Notes under the pieces: generated by a model
The model's input: the letters and a program-made list of their open reading frames with translations, nothing else
The model's database searches: none
What the model was told of the DNA's origin: nothing
Translations under genes and position numbers: made by a program
Assembly: GCA_035546035.1 (NCBI GenBank)
Contig: DASZXC010000008.1
Coordinates: 252,265 to 316,264, forward strand
DNA length: 64,000 nucleotides
Reading direction: 5' to 3'
DNA from: Minisyncoccota bacterium
GTDB taxonomy: Bacteria > Patescibacteriota > Minisyncoccia > Phycocordibacterales > UBA6065
In this document: in pieces, positions 1 through 7,847 of the stretch
Layout of the letters: each line of letters begins with the position of its first letter
Numbering within the stretch: the first letter of the stretch is position 1

Positions 1-89
1 CTTTCAAAAAGGGCCATTTGCCTTGGAAAAGGCTCTGTGTCGTGATATGGTATGCAAATCTCTGCTGAAATTTGGTTGCAGGGGCCCAT

Positions 90-163
90 GTCGGGGTAGC
101 TCAGTTGGTTAGAGCACAGGACTCATAAGCCTGGGGTCGTGGGTTCGACTCCCACCCCCGACA
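90..163 (+). tRNA. tRNA with CAT anticodon (elongator Met or Ile2)
   Basis: Cloverleaf: acceptor GTCGGGG/CCCCGAC, anticodon loop CTCATAA, T arm GTGGG-TTCGACT-CCCAC. No initiator features and no encoded CCA. Confidence 0.93.
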
Positions 164-207
164 CACGTGATTTTTTAGTCGGTTTGTGATTAAATAAGTC
201 GCGCACT

Positions 208-281
208 GCGGGTGTAGCTCAGTTGGTTAGAGCGCGTCCCTGTCACGGACGAGGCCGCGGGTTCGAGTCCCGTCACTCGCG
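208..281 (+). tRNA. tRNA-Asp(GTC)
   Basis: Cloverleaf with anticodon loop CTGTCAC and T loop TTCGAGT. Confidence 0.95.
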
Positions 282-297
282 CAGAGTCTGTTTTTTA

Positions 298-334
298 GAA
301 AAGGTCCCCTGAATACGCTTCAGGGGACCTTTTC
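298..334. terminator. Intrinsic terminator after the tRNA pair
   Basis: 16-bp inverted repeat GAAAAGGTCCCCTGAA/TTCAGGGGACCTTTTC with a 5-nt loop. Confidence 0.8.
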
Positions 335-366
335 GTACTAGAAATGAACCTTTAAATAATAACTAT

Positions 367-549
367 ATGAACGAAGACAATTCGACTACAAACGCCATCC
401 TCGTCATTCTTATCGTGATCGTGGTGGGCTTTATCGTCTGGTTCGTCATGTCCCGTCCGTCTGCCGCGCCTGCGAATAACGATCAGACTCCTGCTATCCA
501 AGTAAACTTGCCAGGCTCTTCTACCGACGGAAGTCCTTCGGCGCAGTAA
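367..549 (+). CDS. Small single-pass membrane protein (60 aa)
   Basis: One hydrophobic helix followed by a Pro/Ala/Ser tail; AT-rich leader. Confidence 0.75.
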   Translation: MNEDNSTTNAILVILIVIVVGFIVWFVMSRPSAAPANNDQTPAIQVNLPGSSTDGSPSAQ

Positions 550-617
550 CGCTAAAATACAATAATAAAACACCCCAGGGCCTGGCGGGGTGTTTTATTA
601 TTGTATTTTAGCGTTAC
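546..617. repeat. Perfect 31-bp-arm hairpin, loop AGGGCCTGGC (copy 1; probable bidirectional terminator)
   Basis: Arms 546-576 and 587-617 are exact reverse complements and contain the stop codons of both convergent genes. Confidence 0.95.
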
Positions 618-1021
618 ATCTTCAGGATCTTCACGCCGTGAGGATTCCTGTAGACTCGCACGAAGACAACGGTTATATACGCAGACACTGCGATGGTGAA
701 GAATGTCGCGGCGATGGACTGGAGAGGGAGTATCGTCCAGAACGTCTCGAGAGCCGATGCGAAATACGCCGGCGTCATGGCGAACGTGTTCCTGAGGGTC
801 TTTAGCGCCGCTTCAGCCGACGCGTTCGAGAGCGCTCGGTATATATCGACTGAAAGCACGCTCAAGTTGAGGCAGAGCACGGCGGTCGAGAAGGCGAGAT
901 ACTTGCCGTATCCGGCCAGAAATACGCGCTTCATGATCCTTCCGTGGAGGTGCGCTGGCATGGGTTCTTCCGGCAGAGCTTCTATCATCGCGTCCGTCAA
1001 TTTATATTCCTGATCGTTCAT
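614..1021 (-). CDS. Membrane protein, putative anti-sigma factor
   Basis: Directly downstream of an ECF sigma; short N-terminal cytoplasmic segment plus 2 TM helices. Confidence 0.65.
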   Translation of the reverse strand: MNDQEYKLTDAMIEALPEEPMPAHLHGRIMKRVFLAGYGKYLAFSTAVLCLNLSVLSVDIYRALSNASAEAALKTLRNTFAMTPAYFASALETFWTILPLQSIAATFFTIAVSAYITVVFVRVYRNPHGVKILKM

Positions 1022-1049
1022 GTATGTAATGTGATTTTATTCGCAGGCT

Positions 1050-1595
1050 TTATTCATAGTTTACGAGCAACGTCGCCAGCTGTTTCTTTGCCCTCGATAA
1101 TCGGGTCTTCAGCGTATTGATCGGGATAGAGAGCATGTCCGCTATCTCTTCATAGCTGAATCCGTCCTTGTAATAAAGGATTATCGGCCCCCGGTAGAGG
1201 AGGTTGAGGCGATCTATGGCGGCTGCCACGTCTTTCGTTTCGATATTGTCTTCTGTAGACACCGAGTAGTACGACGCGCTATCAGGCTTTGTTTCGTACT
1301 CTTCGTCAAGCTCGGTCGTGGCCTGGCGCTTCTTCTTGCGGAGAAAGTCGTATGCCGTATTCGTCGCGATCGTGTATATCCAGGACTTGATGTTCTTCGA
1401 AGGATCGATCGCCTTTATATGCTTGAATATCTTGACGAAGGTGTCTTGGATAAGGTCCTCGGCATCGTCTTTAGAGCCAACGAGGCGGACCAGATAGCTC
1501 CACAAAGGCTTCTCGAACGTCGAAACGATCTCCTCGAAAGCCAGGATATCTCCTTTTCGAGCCCTCTCGAGTATTTCAGGGGGTATGGTGCTCAT
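1050..1595 (-). CDS. ECF RNA polymerase sigma factor (SigW/SigE-like)
   Basis: Region 2 DAEDLIQDTFVKI..SWIYTIATN and region 4 SYEEIADMLSIPINTLKTRLSRAK. Start reassigned to ATG 1595. Confidence 0.93.
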   Translation of the reverse strand: MSTIPPEILERARKGDILAFEEIVSTFEKPLWSYLVRLVGSKDDAEDLIQDTFVKIFKHIKAIDPSKNIKSWIYTIATNTAYDFLRKKKRQATTELDEEYETKPDSASYYSVSTEDNIETKDVAAAIDRLNLLYRGPIILYYKDGFSYEEIADMLSIPINTLKTRLSRAKKQLATLLVNYE

Positions 1596-1609
1596 GTTGC
1601 CTATAAGTA

Positions 1610-1666
1610 TACGTCGCAGAATGAAGATTTGTTTCAGAGCTGAAAGCGTTATATACAAGAGTCGTA
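1610..1666. promoter_or_regulatory. Back-to-back SigW-like ECF promoters
   Basis: Minus strand TGAAAC-N17-CGTA (1636-1610) before the sigma gene; plus strand TGAAAG-N16-CGTA (1641-1666) before nfi. Confidence 0.6.
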
Positions 1667-1677
1667 CTAGATATATT

Positions 1678-2346
1678 ATGACGTCGAGGATAAATGCAAA
1701 GGAGGCCATAGAGCTGCAAAAAGAGATGCGAAAGGACGTCAGGATCGAACCTGTCCGCCGGCCTATACGCACGATAGCTGGAGCCGACGTGTCTTTGGAA
1801 AGGTTCGGCGACGAGCTTTATGCCGGCATAATCGTGCTCTCATATCCTGACCTGAAGCCTGTAGAGCATGCGGTCGCCAAAATGAAAGTCGAGTTTCCCT
1901 ATATTCCAGGCCTACTTTCGTTTCGCGAGATTCCGGGGCTTATAAGATGTTTGGAGAAGCTTTCGGCGAAGCCTGACCTCATTATCGTAGATGGGCAGGG
2001 AATAGCGCACCCGCGAAGGCTGGGCATCGCCGCGCATCTCGGTATCGTATCCGGCGTGCCGACGATCGGTTGCGCGAAGTCTCGGCTCTATGGCGTGTTC
2101 GAAGCGCCGAAGAATGTCGGCGATGCGACGCCGGTCACAGATCCAAAGACGAGTGAGCTTATCGGCTATGCCCTGAAATCGAAAGCCCGGTCGAATCCTC
2201 TGATCATATCTCCGGGATACAAGGCGGACGTTGAAGACGCGCTTTCGATTGTCCGCGAAACGGTGCGCGGCTATAAACTGCCGGAACCTACCCGGAAGGC
2301 GCATGAGTTGGTGAATAGATTCAGAAGGGGCGAGATCCGCGAATAG
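1678..2346 (+). CDS. nfi: Endonuclease V (deoxyinosine 3'-endonuclease)
   Basis: AGADVS, FPYIPGLLSFRE, VDGQGIAHPRRLGIAAHLG, IGCAKS and LPEPTR motifs. Confidence 0.96.
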   Translation: MTSRINAKEAIELQKEMRKDVRIEPVRRPIRTIAGADVSLERFGDELYAGIIVLSYPDLKPVEHAVAKMKVEFPYIPGLLSFREIPGLIRCLEKLSAKPDLIIVDGQGIAHPRRLGIAAHLGIVSGVPTIGCAKSRLYGVFEAPKNVGDATPVTDPKTSELIGYALKSKARSNPLIISPGYKADVEDALSIVRETVRGYKLPEPTRKAHELVNRFRRGEIRE

Positions 2347-2372
2347 CGCCTGACGATGCCTCGCGTTTTCGG

Positions 2373-2445
2373 AGCCACCTCCCGGGATCGAACCGGGGAC
2401 CTCTACTTTACGAAAGTATTGCTCTACCAGCTGAGCTAAGGTGGC
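2373..2445 (-). tRNA. tRNA-Thr(CGT)
   Basis: Reverse-strand cloverleaf GCCACCT...AGGTGGC T with anticodon loop TTCGTAA. Confidence 0.93.
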
Positions 2446-2461
2446 GGAATGTATGACCGCC

Positions 2462-2537
2462 TGGAGCCAACGTCCGGGATCGAACCGGAGACCTCGTCAT
2501 TACCAATGACGTGCTCTACCGACTGAGCTACGTTGGC
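2462..2537 (-). tRNA. tRNA-Thr(GGT)
   Basis: Reverse-strand cloverleaf, anticodon loop TTGGTAA, encoded CCA. Confidence 0.95.
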
Positions 2538-2659
2538 GGCAATTCGAAACAAAGCCGAAAAGACAAAGCCTACTATAGTTTATTTCGGCCCTTTTTGCAA
2601 AATAAGGCCCGGATCCGAGGAGCGATTGACAGACCGGCGTATTCATATATTATCCATAC

Positions 2660-2760
2660 ACGCCGACCGGGGAGAACCGTGTGCTCGCATGAAATCCCGG
2701 TAGAGGCGGAAGGCCGGTCATTCGGAAGACGTTTGTGCCCGACACCCAGAGGGCATTTTT
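2660..2760 (+). ncRNA. Candidate small RNA of unknown class
   Basis: TTGACA-N16-TATTAT promoter (2626-2653), stem ACCGGG/CCCGGT, terminator-like TGCCC..GGGCA-TTTTT, and no credible ORF. Confidence 0.35.
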
Positions 2761-2853
2761 CCGAAAAAACCCCGGACTTGGGCCGGCGCGGATCGCGCCG
2801 GCCCTCTTTATTTCACCGAATCCCGCAAGGGCCCTGATGCTATACTTTTAATG

Positions 2854-3723
2854 ATGAACGACAAGGCAAAGCGCATCGCCGAAATAGAGTTTCTCATGAC
2901 CGAGGCGTCCTTTTGGGACAACAAAGACCGCGCGCAGGCGATGCTGCGGGAGCTGAACGATCTCAAGGCCGCCATCGCCGAAGCCGACAAATACGAAAGG
3001 GGAAATGCCATCGTTACCATATTCTCCGGTGCCGGAGGCGACGATGCGGAGGATTTCTCGCGCATGCTCCTTGAGATGTATATGAAGTATGCCGACCGAA
3101 AGGGTTGGTCAGTCGCGTTCCTCCACGACAACCAGAACGATCGCGGCGGATACAGGAACGTGACGCTCGAGATCGGAGGCAAGGGCGCGTATGGGACGCT
3201 TAAGAACGAATCGGGCGTGCACCGCTTGGTCCGCGTATCGCCGTTCAATGCCAAAAAGCTCCGCCACACGTCGTTCTCTCTGGTCGAAGTGATCCCGAAA
3301 TTCGAAAAGACGGAAAGACTCGATATCCCTCCCGAAGAGATAAAAATAGAGTTCGCCAAATCGTCCGGTCCGGGGGGCCAGAACGTGAACAAGCGCGAAA
3401 CCGCGGTGCGCTTGGTCCATATCCCGACGAAGATCGCCGTTCACGTATCGAGCGAGCGCTCCCAGGCCGATAATCGCAGCCGTGCGATGGATATATTGAA
3501 GGCGAAGATATACAAAATGCGCGAAGACGAGCGCATCGCAAAGGAGAAAGGCATGCAGATATCGAAGACGACCGATATCGAATGGGGCAATCAGATACGA
3601 TCGTATGTTCTGCACCCGTATAAGATGGTCAAAGACCACCGCACCGACGCGGAGACCGCCAATGTAGACGCGATTCTGGGCGGAGACATCGATATGTTCA
3701 TAGAAGCCGAAAAGAACCTGTAG
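2854..3723 (+). CDS. prfB: Peptide chain release factor 2 with a shortened N-terminal domain
   Basis: SPF and GGQ motifs, GVHRLVR, WGNQIRSYVLHPY. Start is 2851 or 2854. Confidence 0.95.
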   Translation: MNDKAKRIAEIEFLMTEASFWDNKDRAQAMLRELNDLKAAIAEADKYERGNAIVTIFSGAGGDDAEDFSRMLLEMYMKYADRKGWSVAFLHDNQNDRGGYRNVTLEIGGKGAYGTLKNESGVHRLVRVSPFNAKKLRHTSFSLVEVIPKFEKTERLDIPPEEIKIEFAKSSGPGGQNVNKRETAVRLVHIPTKIAVHVSSERSQADNRSRAMDILKAKIYKMREDERIAKEKGMQISKTTDIEWGNQIRSYVLHPYKMVKDHRTDAETANVDAILGGDIDMFIEAEKNL

Positions 3724-3762
3724 TTGGGCCGTTGCGTAGTATGGTAGAATAGATGCCTACGC

Positions 3763-4443
3763 ATGATCAGATTCGATAAAGTAACCAAGGTATATTCGGA
3801 CGACTCGGTGGCCCTCGAAGACGTATCGCTCCATATCGAGCCTAAAGAATTCGTATCCATCGTCGGACATTCGGGCGCCGGTAAGACGACCCTCATAAAG
3901 ATGATCCTTGCCGAGGAAAAGCCGACTAAGGGCCGTGTCCTGTTCGAATCGACGGACGTGAACAAGATACATCGGAAGAAGATGCCGGAATACCGCCGCC
4001 GCATCGGAACGGTGTTCCAGGACTTCAGGCTCATTCCGAACAAGACGGTGTTCGAGAACATAGCGTTCGCTATGGAGGCGGCGGGGAGGACCGACGAAGA
4101 GATCGCTTCCGACGTGCCTCACGTTCTTGACCTCGTGGATCTGGGCCGAAAGATATGGAACTTCCCGAACGAGCTTTCCGGCGGCGAAAAGCAGCGCGTC
4201 GCCATCGCTCGCGCTATCGTCAATCAGCCCGATCTCATCATCGCGGACGAGCCGACGGGAAACCTCGACCCGGTGAACACGTTCGAGATCGTGCAGATAT
4301 TGAAGAAGATCAACGACCTCGGCACCACGGTCATCCTTACGACCCATAATAAGGGCGTCATAGAGAACATCGGCCGCCGCGTCGTCACTATGGAAAAAGG
4401 TCGCGTCGTGCGCGACGACACGGAAGGCAAATACGCTATATAA
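3763..4443 (+). CDS. ftsE: Cell division ATP-binding protein FtsE
   Basis: GHSGAGKTT, VFQDFRL, LSGGEKQRV; followed by ftsX in the conserved prfB-ftsEX order. Confidence 0.93.
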   Translation: MIRFDKVTKVYSDDSVALEDVSLHIEPKEFVSIVGHSGAGKTTLIKMILAEEKPTKGRVLFESTDVNKIHRKKMPEYRRRIGTVFQDFRLIPNKTVFENIAFAMEAAGRTDEEIASDVPHVLDLVDLGRKIWNFPNELSGGEKQRVAIARAIVNQPDLIIADEPTGNLDPVNTFEIVQILKKINDLGTTVILTTHNKGVIENIGRRVVTMEKGRVVRDDTEGKYAI

Positions 4444-4460
4444 TCGAATCACCCAACAGC

Positions 4461-5378
4461 ATGTTCTGGATCAATACCAAACGAATAGTGAAATCCGGCT
4501 TCGTGTCATTCTGGAGGAACGGCTTCGTCTCGCTCTCGTCGGTCCTCATCATGACGCTCACGCTCTTCGCGCTCGGCGGCATCATGTTCGCGGGCGCTAT
4601 CCTTAACTCGTCCCTTAATCAGATCAAGGCAAAGGTAGACGTGAATGTCTACTTCGTCCCGACCGCCGATGAGGACAGTATCCTCGCCCTTCAGAAGAAG
4701 CTCGAAGCGTTGCCCGAAGTGGCGAGCGTCGAATACGTTTCCCGCGAAGACGCCCTGGAGAATTTCAAGACGCTCCACGCCAATGACCAGATCACGCTCC
4801 AGGCGCTCGACGAGCTCGGCGACAATCCTTTGGGCGCCATCTTGAATATCAAGGCCAAGGAGCCGTCGCAGTACGAGGGCATCGCCAAGTTCCTCGATTC
4901 CGAAGGCGGCGAGGGAGGGGCATTCATAGACAAGATCAACTATTACCAGAACAAGACGGCGATAGACACGCTGACGAGGATGATAAGCGGCGGAACCAAG
5001 ATCGCGCTCGCGATCACGCTCGCGCTCGTGATCATCTCTATCCTCATCGTCTTCAATACCATACGCCTGGCCATCTATATCGCGAGGGAGGAGATCGCGG
5101 TCATGAGGCTCGTGGGCGCGTCTAACCGATTCGTACGCGGTCCGTTCATCATTTCAGGTATTATGTACGGCCTCGTGTCAGCCGTCATCACGCTCCTGTT
5201 CTTCTATCCGGCGACGTTCTGGATATCGAACGTGACCGCGACGTTTTTCAGCGGCTTCAACCTGTTCTCGTATTATATAAACAACATGCCGATCGTTATG
5301 GGCGTCATCCTCGGCGCAGGCGTCATCCTCGGCGCCATATCAAGCTATCTCGCGGTGCGAAAGTATCTTCGCCTCTAG
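4461..5378 (+). CDS. ftsX: Cell division permease FtsX
   Basis: 1+3 TM topology and NTIRLAIY..REEIAVMRLVGA..FVRGPF. Confidence 0.93.
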   Translation: MFWINTKRIVKSGFVSFWRNGFVSLSSVLIMTLTLFALGGIMFAGAILNSSLNQIKAKVDVNVYFVPTADEDSILALQKKLEALPEVASVEYVSREDALENFKTLHANDQITLQALDELGDNPLGAILNIKAKEPSQYEGIAKFLDSEGGEGGAFIDKINYYQNKTAIDTLTRMISGGTKIALAITLALVIISILIVFNTIRLAIYIAREEIAVMRLVGASNRFVRGPFIISGIMYGLVSAVITLLFFYPATFWISNVTATFFSGFNLFSYYINNMPIVMGVILGAGVILGAISSYLAVRKYLRL

Positions 5379-5466
5379 CCGGGAACGATTTCGTAAGGTT
5401 TTTCGTAGTACTTCGTAAGGACGCACTATAAAGAAGGACGCGTCCTTTACAAGCTAAGAAAACCTT

Positions 5467-6201
5467 ATGAAAAAACCAAAGGCATTTGCGTACTCCGCGG
5501 TTTCGATCGCCTTGGCGGCGGCCCTGCCGGTCTCCGCGCAGGTAACGGGCGGATTAAATACGGGAGTGGGCGCAGATATCAATATCGGGTCAGGGACGAA
5601 TGCGGCCGTTAACGTCGGCGGGGTCGCATCGAGCTCGTCAAATACGAGCGGCAATGCTTCGTCTGGCGTGACCGTAGGCGGCACGGTCACCGCCGGCGCT
5701 TCGGCGAACGCGCCTTCGGCCCACATCGAGACGTTCGCCGTTTCGCGAAGCGATGCGAAGGCGACTACGACCGAATACATAGCTCCTGCGAACGTCACTT
5801 CGCAGGCTGATTTCGAGACCTATTCTAAGGCTCTCGTCATGGCCGACGAGAATGTGGCCAAGATATCGACGGGCGACGACTATGTCTCTGTCTGGTACCA
5901 TGAGCCTGCCAAGGTGCTCGGCGTCATCCCCGTGACCGCTACGGTCAAGGCGACTGTCGACGCGGCAGGAGATGTGAGCGTCGACTATCCGTGGTGGTAC
6001 GGCCTCTTCGTCAAAGACGACACGGCCGTGGACTTCAAGAACGACATAGATACCACTGCCGGCGTCATCGCCCGAGGCGAAGCTTCTGCGACGCTCTCTT
6101 CATCCGCGAAGGCGCGGCTCGTGAATGCGGTGCGAACCACTATGAAGGCTCACTATGACGCAAACGTCAGCGCGTCGTCATCAGAGACCGCCGCTTATTA
6201 G
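5467..6201 (+). CDS. Secreted hypothetical protein
   Basis: Signal peptide, Gly/Ser/Val-rich segment, YPWWY motif. Confidence 0.8.
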   Translation: MKKPKAFAYSAVSIALAAALPVSAQVTGGLNTGVGADINIGSGTNAAVNVGGVASSSSNTSGNASSGVTVGGTVTAGASANAPSAHIETFAVSRSDAKATTTEYIAPANVTSQADFETYSKALVMADENVAKISTGDDYVSVWYHEPAKVLGVIPVTATVKATVDAAGDVSVDYPWWYGLFVKDDTAVDFKNDIDTTAGVIARGEASATLSSSAKARLVNAVRTTMKAHYDANVSASSSETAAY

Positions 6202-6272
6202 GAAGCACGCAAAATGCATACAAAGAACGCCCCAGGCCCTAGGGCGTTCTTTGTATGCATTTTGCGTGCTTC
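6202..6272. repeat. Perfect 31-bp-arm hairpin, loop CAGGCCCTA (copy 2)
   Basis: Arms 6202-6232 and 6242-6272 are exact reverse complements. The right arm overlaps the -35 of TTGCGT-N17-TACAAT. Confidence 0.95.
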
Positions 6273-6298
6273 TCGGTAAGAGCGTACAATGACCGCGC

Positions 6299-6889
6299 AT
6301 GGAACGTTCCGACATTGATCTTATGAGCGCTTCAAAGGCGGGCGATACTCGCGCTTTCGACGAATTGGTCGGTCGCTATGCCGATCGCATCTATGCATTC
6401 GTCTTGCGCCTCTCGGGCGACGCGAACACCGCCGCCGATGCCGCGCAGGAGACGTTCATCAAGGTCTGGAAGAATCGGAAGAAATATCAAGCGGGCAGGA
6501 ACGTCTCGCCGTGGATATTCGCTATCGCCCGGAACGCGACGTTCGATCTCCTTCGCAAGAAGAAAGACCGCGCATTCTCTTCGATCCAATCGGACGATGC
6601 CGGCGACGTAGGGGAAAGCATCCCTGACGAATCGATAGATATTCCGGAAGGATTCGACCGCAGGAAATTCGCCGAGCTCCTCGAAGAGACCATCGAAACC
6701 CTGACGCCGAATCAGAGGGCTGTCGTCATGCTCCATGACGTGGAGGGCATGACGTTCGACGAGGCGGGGGAAGCCTTGGGAAAGCCCCTTAATACCGTTA
6801 AAAGCCATTACAGGAGAGCTATAGCGGCTCTAAGGATTAAACTCGGATCAAAGCTCGCCGGCAGGCCGGGACCGCACCAAAATCGCTGA
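6299..6889 (+). CDS. ECF RNA polymerase sigma factor
   Basis: DAAQETFIKVW, WIFAIARN, MTFDEAGEALGKPLNTVKSHYRRA. Confidence 0.93.
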   Translation: MERSDIDLMSASKAGDTRAFDELVGRYADRIYAFVLRLSGDANTAADAAQETFIKVWKNRKKYQAGRNVSPWIFAIARNATFDLLRKKKDRAFSSIQSDDAGDVGESIPDESIDIPEGFDRRKFAELLEETIETLTPNQRAVVMLHDVEGMTFDEAGEALGKPLNTVKSHYRRAIAALRIKLGSKLAGRPGPHQNR

Positions 6890-6899
6890 AATTAACGTA
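6873..6899 (+). promoter_or_regulatory. Putative ECF promoter CGCACC-N17-CGTA
   Basis: Same spacing and boxes as TGCACC-N17-CGTA at 13982-14008; lies just before ATG 6908. Confidence 0.55.
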
Positions 6900-6907
6900 T
6901 ACATGTC

Positions 6908-7306
6908 ATGGCACTACAGAGCCGTCCATTCTCAGGAATAGCGAATATCGAAGCTCCGGGATCTCTCCGCGAGTCCGTTCGCGCGCGTGTAGCCGTCATA
7001 GAGCGCCGCGCATGGATATTCCGATTCTCCGGCCTTGCCGGCCTTGCGCTTGTCTCTGTTTCAGGCTTCGTCGCATCGTGCGCATATGTCTATCAGGCAG
7101 TAGCCGCATCGGGCTTTATCCAGTACGTCTCTCTTATCTTCTCTGACGGAACCGACGTCCTCGCTTTCTCAAAAGAGCTCTCTCTTTCCATGCTCGAATC
7201 TCTTCCCGCATTCGGCATCGCGCTCGTCCTTGCCGCCGGCCTTGTGGCCGTAGGCTCGGTCATGACTTCGGTCAGATTTGCCCGCCACTTTAACAGCGTT
7301 GCTTAA
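6908..7306 (+). CDS. Membrane protein, putative anti-sigma factor
   Basis: Follows the ECF sigma; 2 TM helices; same architecture as 614-1021. Confidence 0.7.
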   Translation: MALQSRPFSGIANIEAPGSLRESVRARVAVIERRAWIFRFSGLAGLALVSVSGFVASCAYVYQAVAASGFIQYVSLIFSDGTDVLAFSKELSLSMLESLPAFGIALVLAAGLVAVGSVMTSVRFARHFNSVA

Positions 7307-7311
7307 ATTTT

Positions 7312-7845
7312 ATGAACGAACCGATCAATAAGAGATTCGACGATATATGGGACAAGGTCTTTTCAGGTCCTACCAAAGGCCGGCGCATCGCGCTCGTGCT
7401 TGTCGGAGTCATAGCGACGCTCCTCGTATTCCAGGCGGGCGTGTCTGTCGGCTACCACAAAGCTTCGTTCTCGTACCGATCGAGCGATAGATTTTTTCGG
7501 ATGGTCCAAGGCCCTGAAACGGGCGTCGCGTCGCTAACGACGGGCTTTCCCGTAGACGAATTCTCTGCGAGCCACGGCACAGCGGGCCGAATCGTATCGG
7601 TGTCGCTTCCTACCTTCGTCGTCGCGAGCCCTGATAACCGCGAGCAGACCGTCACTATCGACGGAAACACGGTCGTCCGCATGTTCAGGGCGACCGCATC
7701 GTCGTCCGATATACGGCCTGAACAATTCACCGTCGTATTGGGCGAGCCGAACCAGGCCGGAACCATTCAGGCCCGCTTCGTGCGTATCATGCCCGCGACC
7801 ATGAGCGTCCAGGGCGTTCAGACCATACAGTCTTTTCCTCGCTAA
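7312..7845 (+). CDS. Membrane-anchored protein with a DUF5666-like beta domain
   Basis: N-terminal TM then HGTAGRIVSVS...VVLGEPNQAGTIQARFVRI. Confidence 0.75.
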   Translation: MNEPINKRFDDIWDKVFSGPTKGRRIALVLVGVIATLLVFQAGVSVGYHKASFSYRSSDRFFRMVQGPETGVASLTTGFPVDEFSASHGTAGRIVSVSLPTFVVASPDNREQTVTIDGNTVVRMFRATASSSDIRPEQFTVVLGEPNQAGTIQARFVRIMPATMSVQGVQTIQSFPR

Positions 7846-7847
7846 TC

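Noticed and set aside
546-617. Long hairpins as integron attC sites or CRISPR repeats
   Set aside because: They are perfect palindromes with no extrahelical bases. Only copy 1 has AAC/GTT ends, no integrase or cas gene is present, and there is no repeat-spacer periodicity.
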